Below, one piece after another: positions 63,765-64,000 of a stretch of 64,000 nt of DNA. Every line of letters begins with the position of its first letter. Position 1 is the first letter of the stretch. The notes beneath the pieces were generated by a model, which was not told the origin of the DNA, made no database searches, and saw only the letters and a program-made list of their open reading frames with translations. The position numbers and the translations under genes were made by a program. Location: the NCBI RefSeq assembly GCF_006345805.1, contig NC_043013.1:27156001-27220000 (forward strand), read 5' to 3'. Source of the DNA: Octopus sinensis (taxonomy: Eukaryota).

Positions 63765-64000
63765 ACACGACAGATGGAAACTGAAAGAAACTTACTGTGT
63801 GTGTGTGTCCTTGTGTTTATTGTATTCCCCCCCCCTCAAAACAGCTTGACAGATGGTGTTGGTTAGTTTACATCCCTGTTGTTTTATTAATTTGGTAAAA
63901 GACCAATAGAATTAATATTAAAGTTAAAATTGAGAACTGGGATTGATTAGTTTGACTAAAAACCCTCAAGGTGGTGCCCCAGCTTGGTCACAGTTCAGTA
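63765..64000 (+). mobile_element. SINE-A 3' part, running off the window
   Basis: gatggaaactgaaagaa..gcttgacagatggtgttgg..ggtggtgccccagc. Confidence 0.65.

Overview
AT-rich eukaryotic DNA dense in microsatellites, SINEs and MITEs. The SINE families and the TA/CA/AAT/GAT load resemble what I recall of octopus (coleoid cephalopod) genomes; this is an inference, not a search result. There are no prokaryotic features, CRISPR arrays, rRNA or intact tRNA genes, and almost all listed ORFs are microsatellite or repeat artefacts. Most of the window looks like introns of one + strand gene that the ORF track largely misses. Candidate exons are a start exon (5333-5409, MMDPSDHTSPSHNFFDPASIL), a clear 192-nt exon (45334-45525, Pro/Ser/His/Ala-rich), a possible 7-nt microexon (52832-52838) and a 93-nt exon (56559-56651) whose reading frame depends on that microexon. 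I cannot name the gene. The introns hold three tRNA-headed SINE families, 3' ends of RTE, CR1-like and R4/Dong-like LINEs, mariner and maT (DD37D) remnants, TTAA-flanked piggyBac-type MITEs, a hAT MITE and Helentron-type elements. The most unusual structures are a perfect 96-bp-arm palindrome with nested hairpins (31856-32189), a mariner built from two left ends (12649-13452), an inverted pair of elements with a degenerate hammerhead-like core (7564-7968), a tRNA-Asp/SINE chimera (11085-11118) and a ~300-bp tandem duplication (46171-46765). Repeat boundaries are approximate and judged by eye; exon, TIR and palindrome coordinates were counted.
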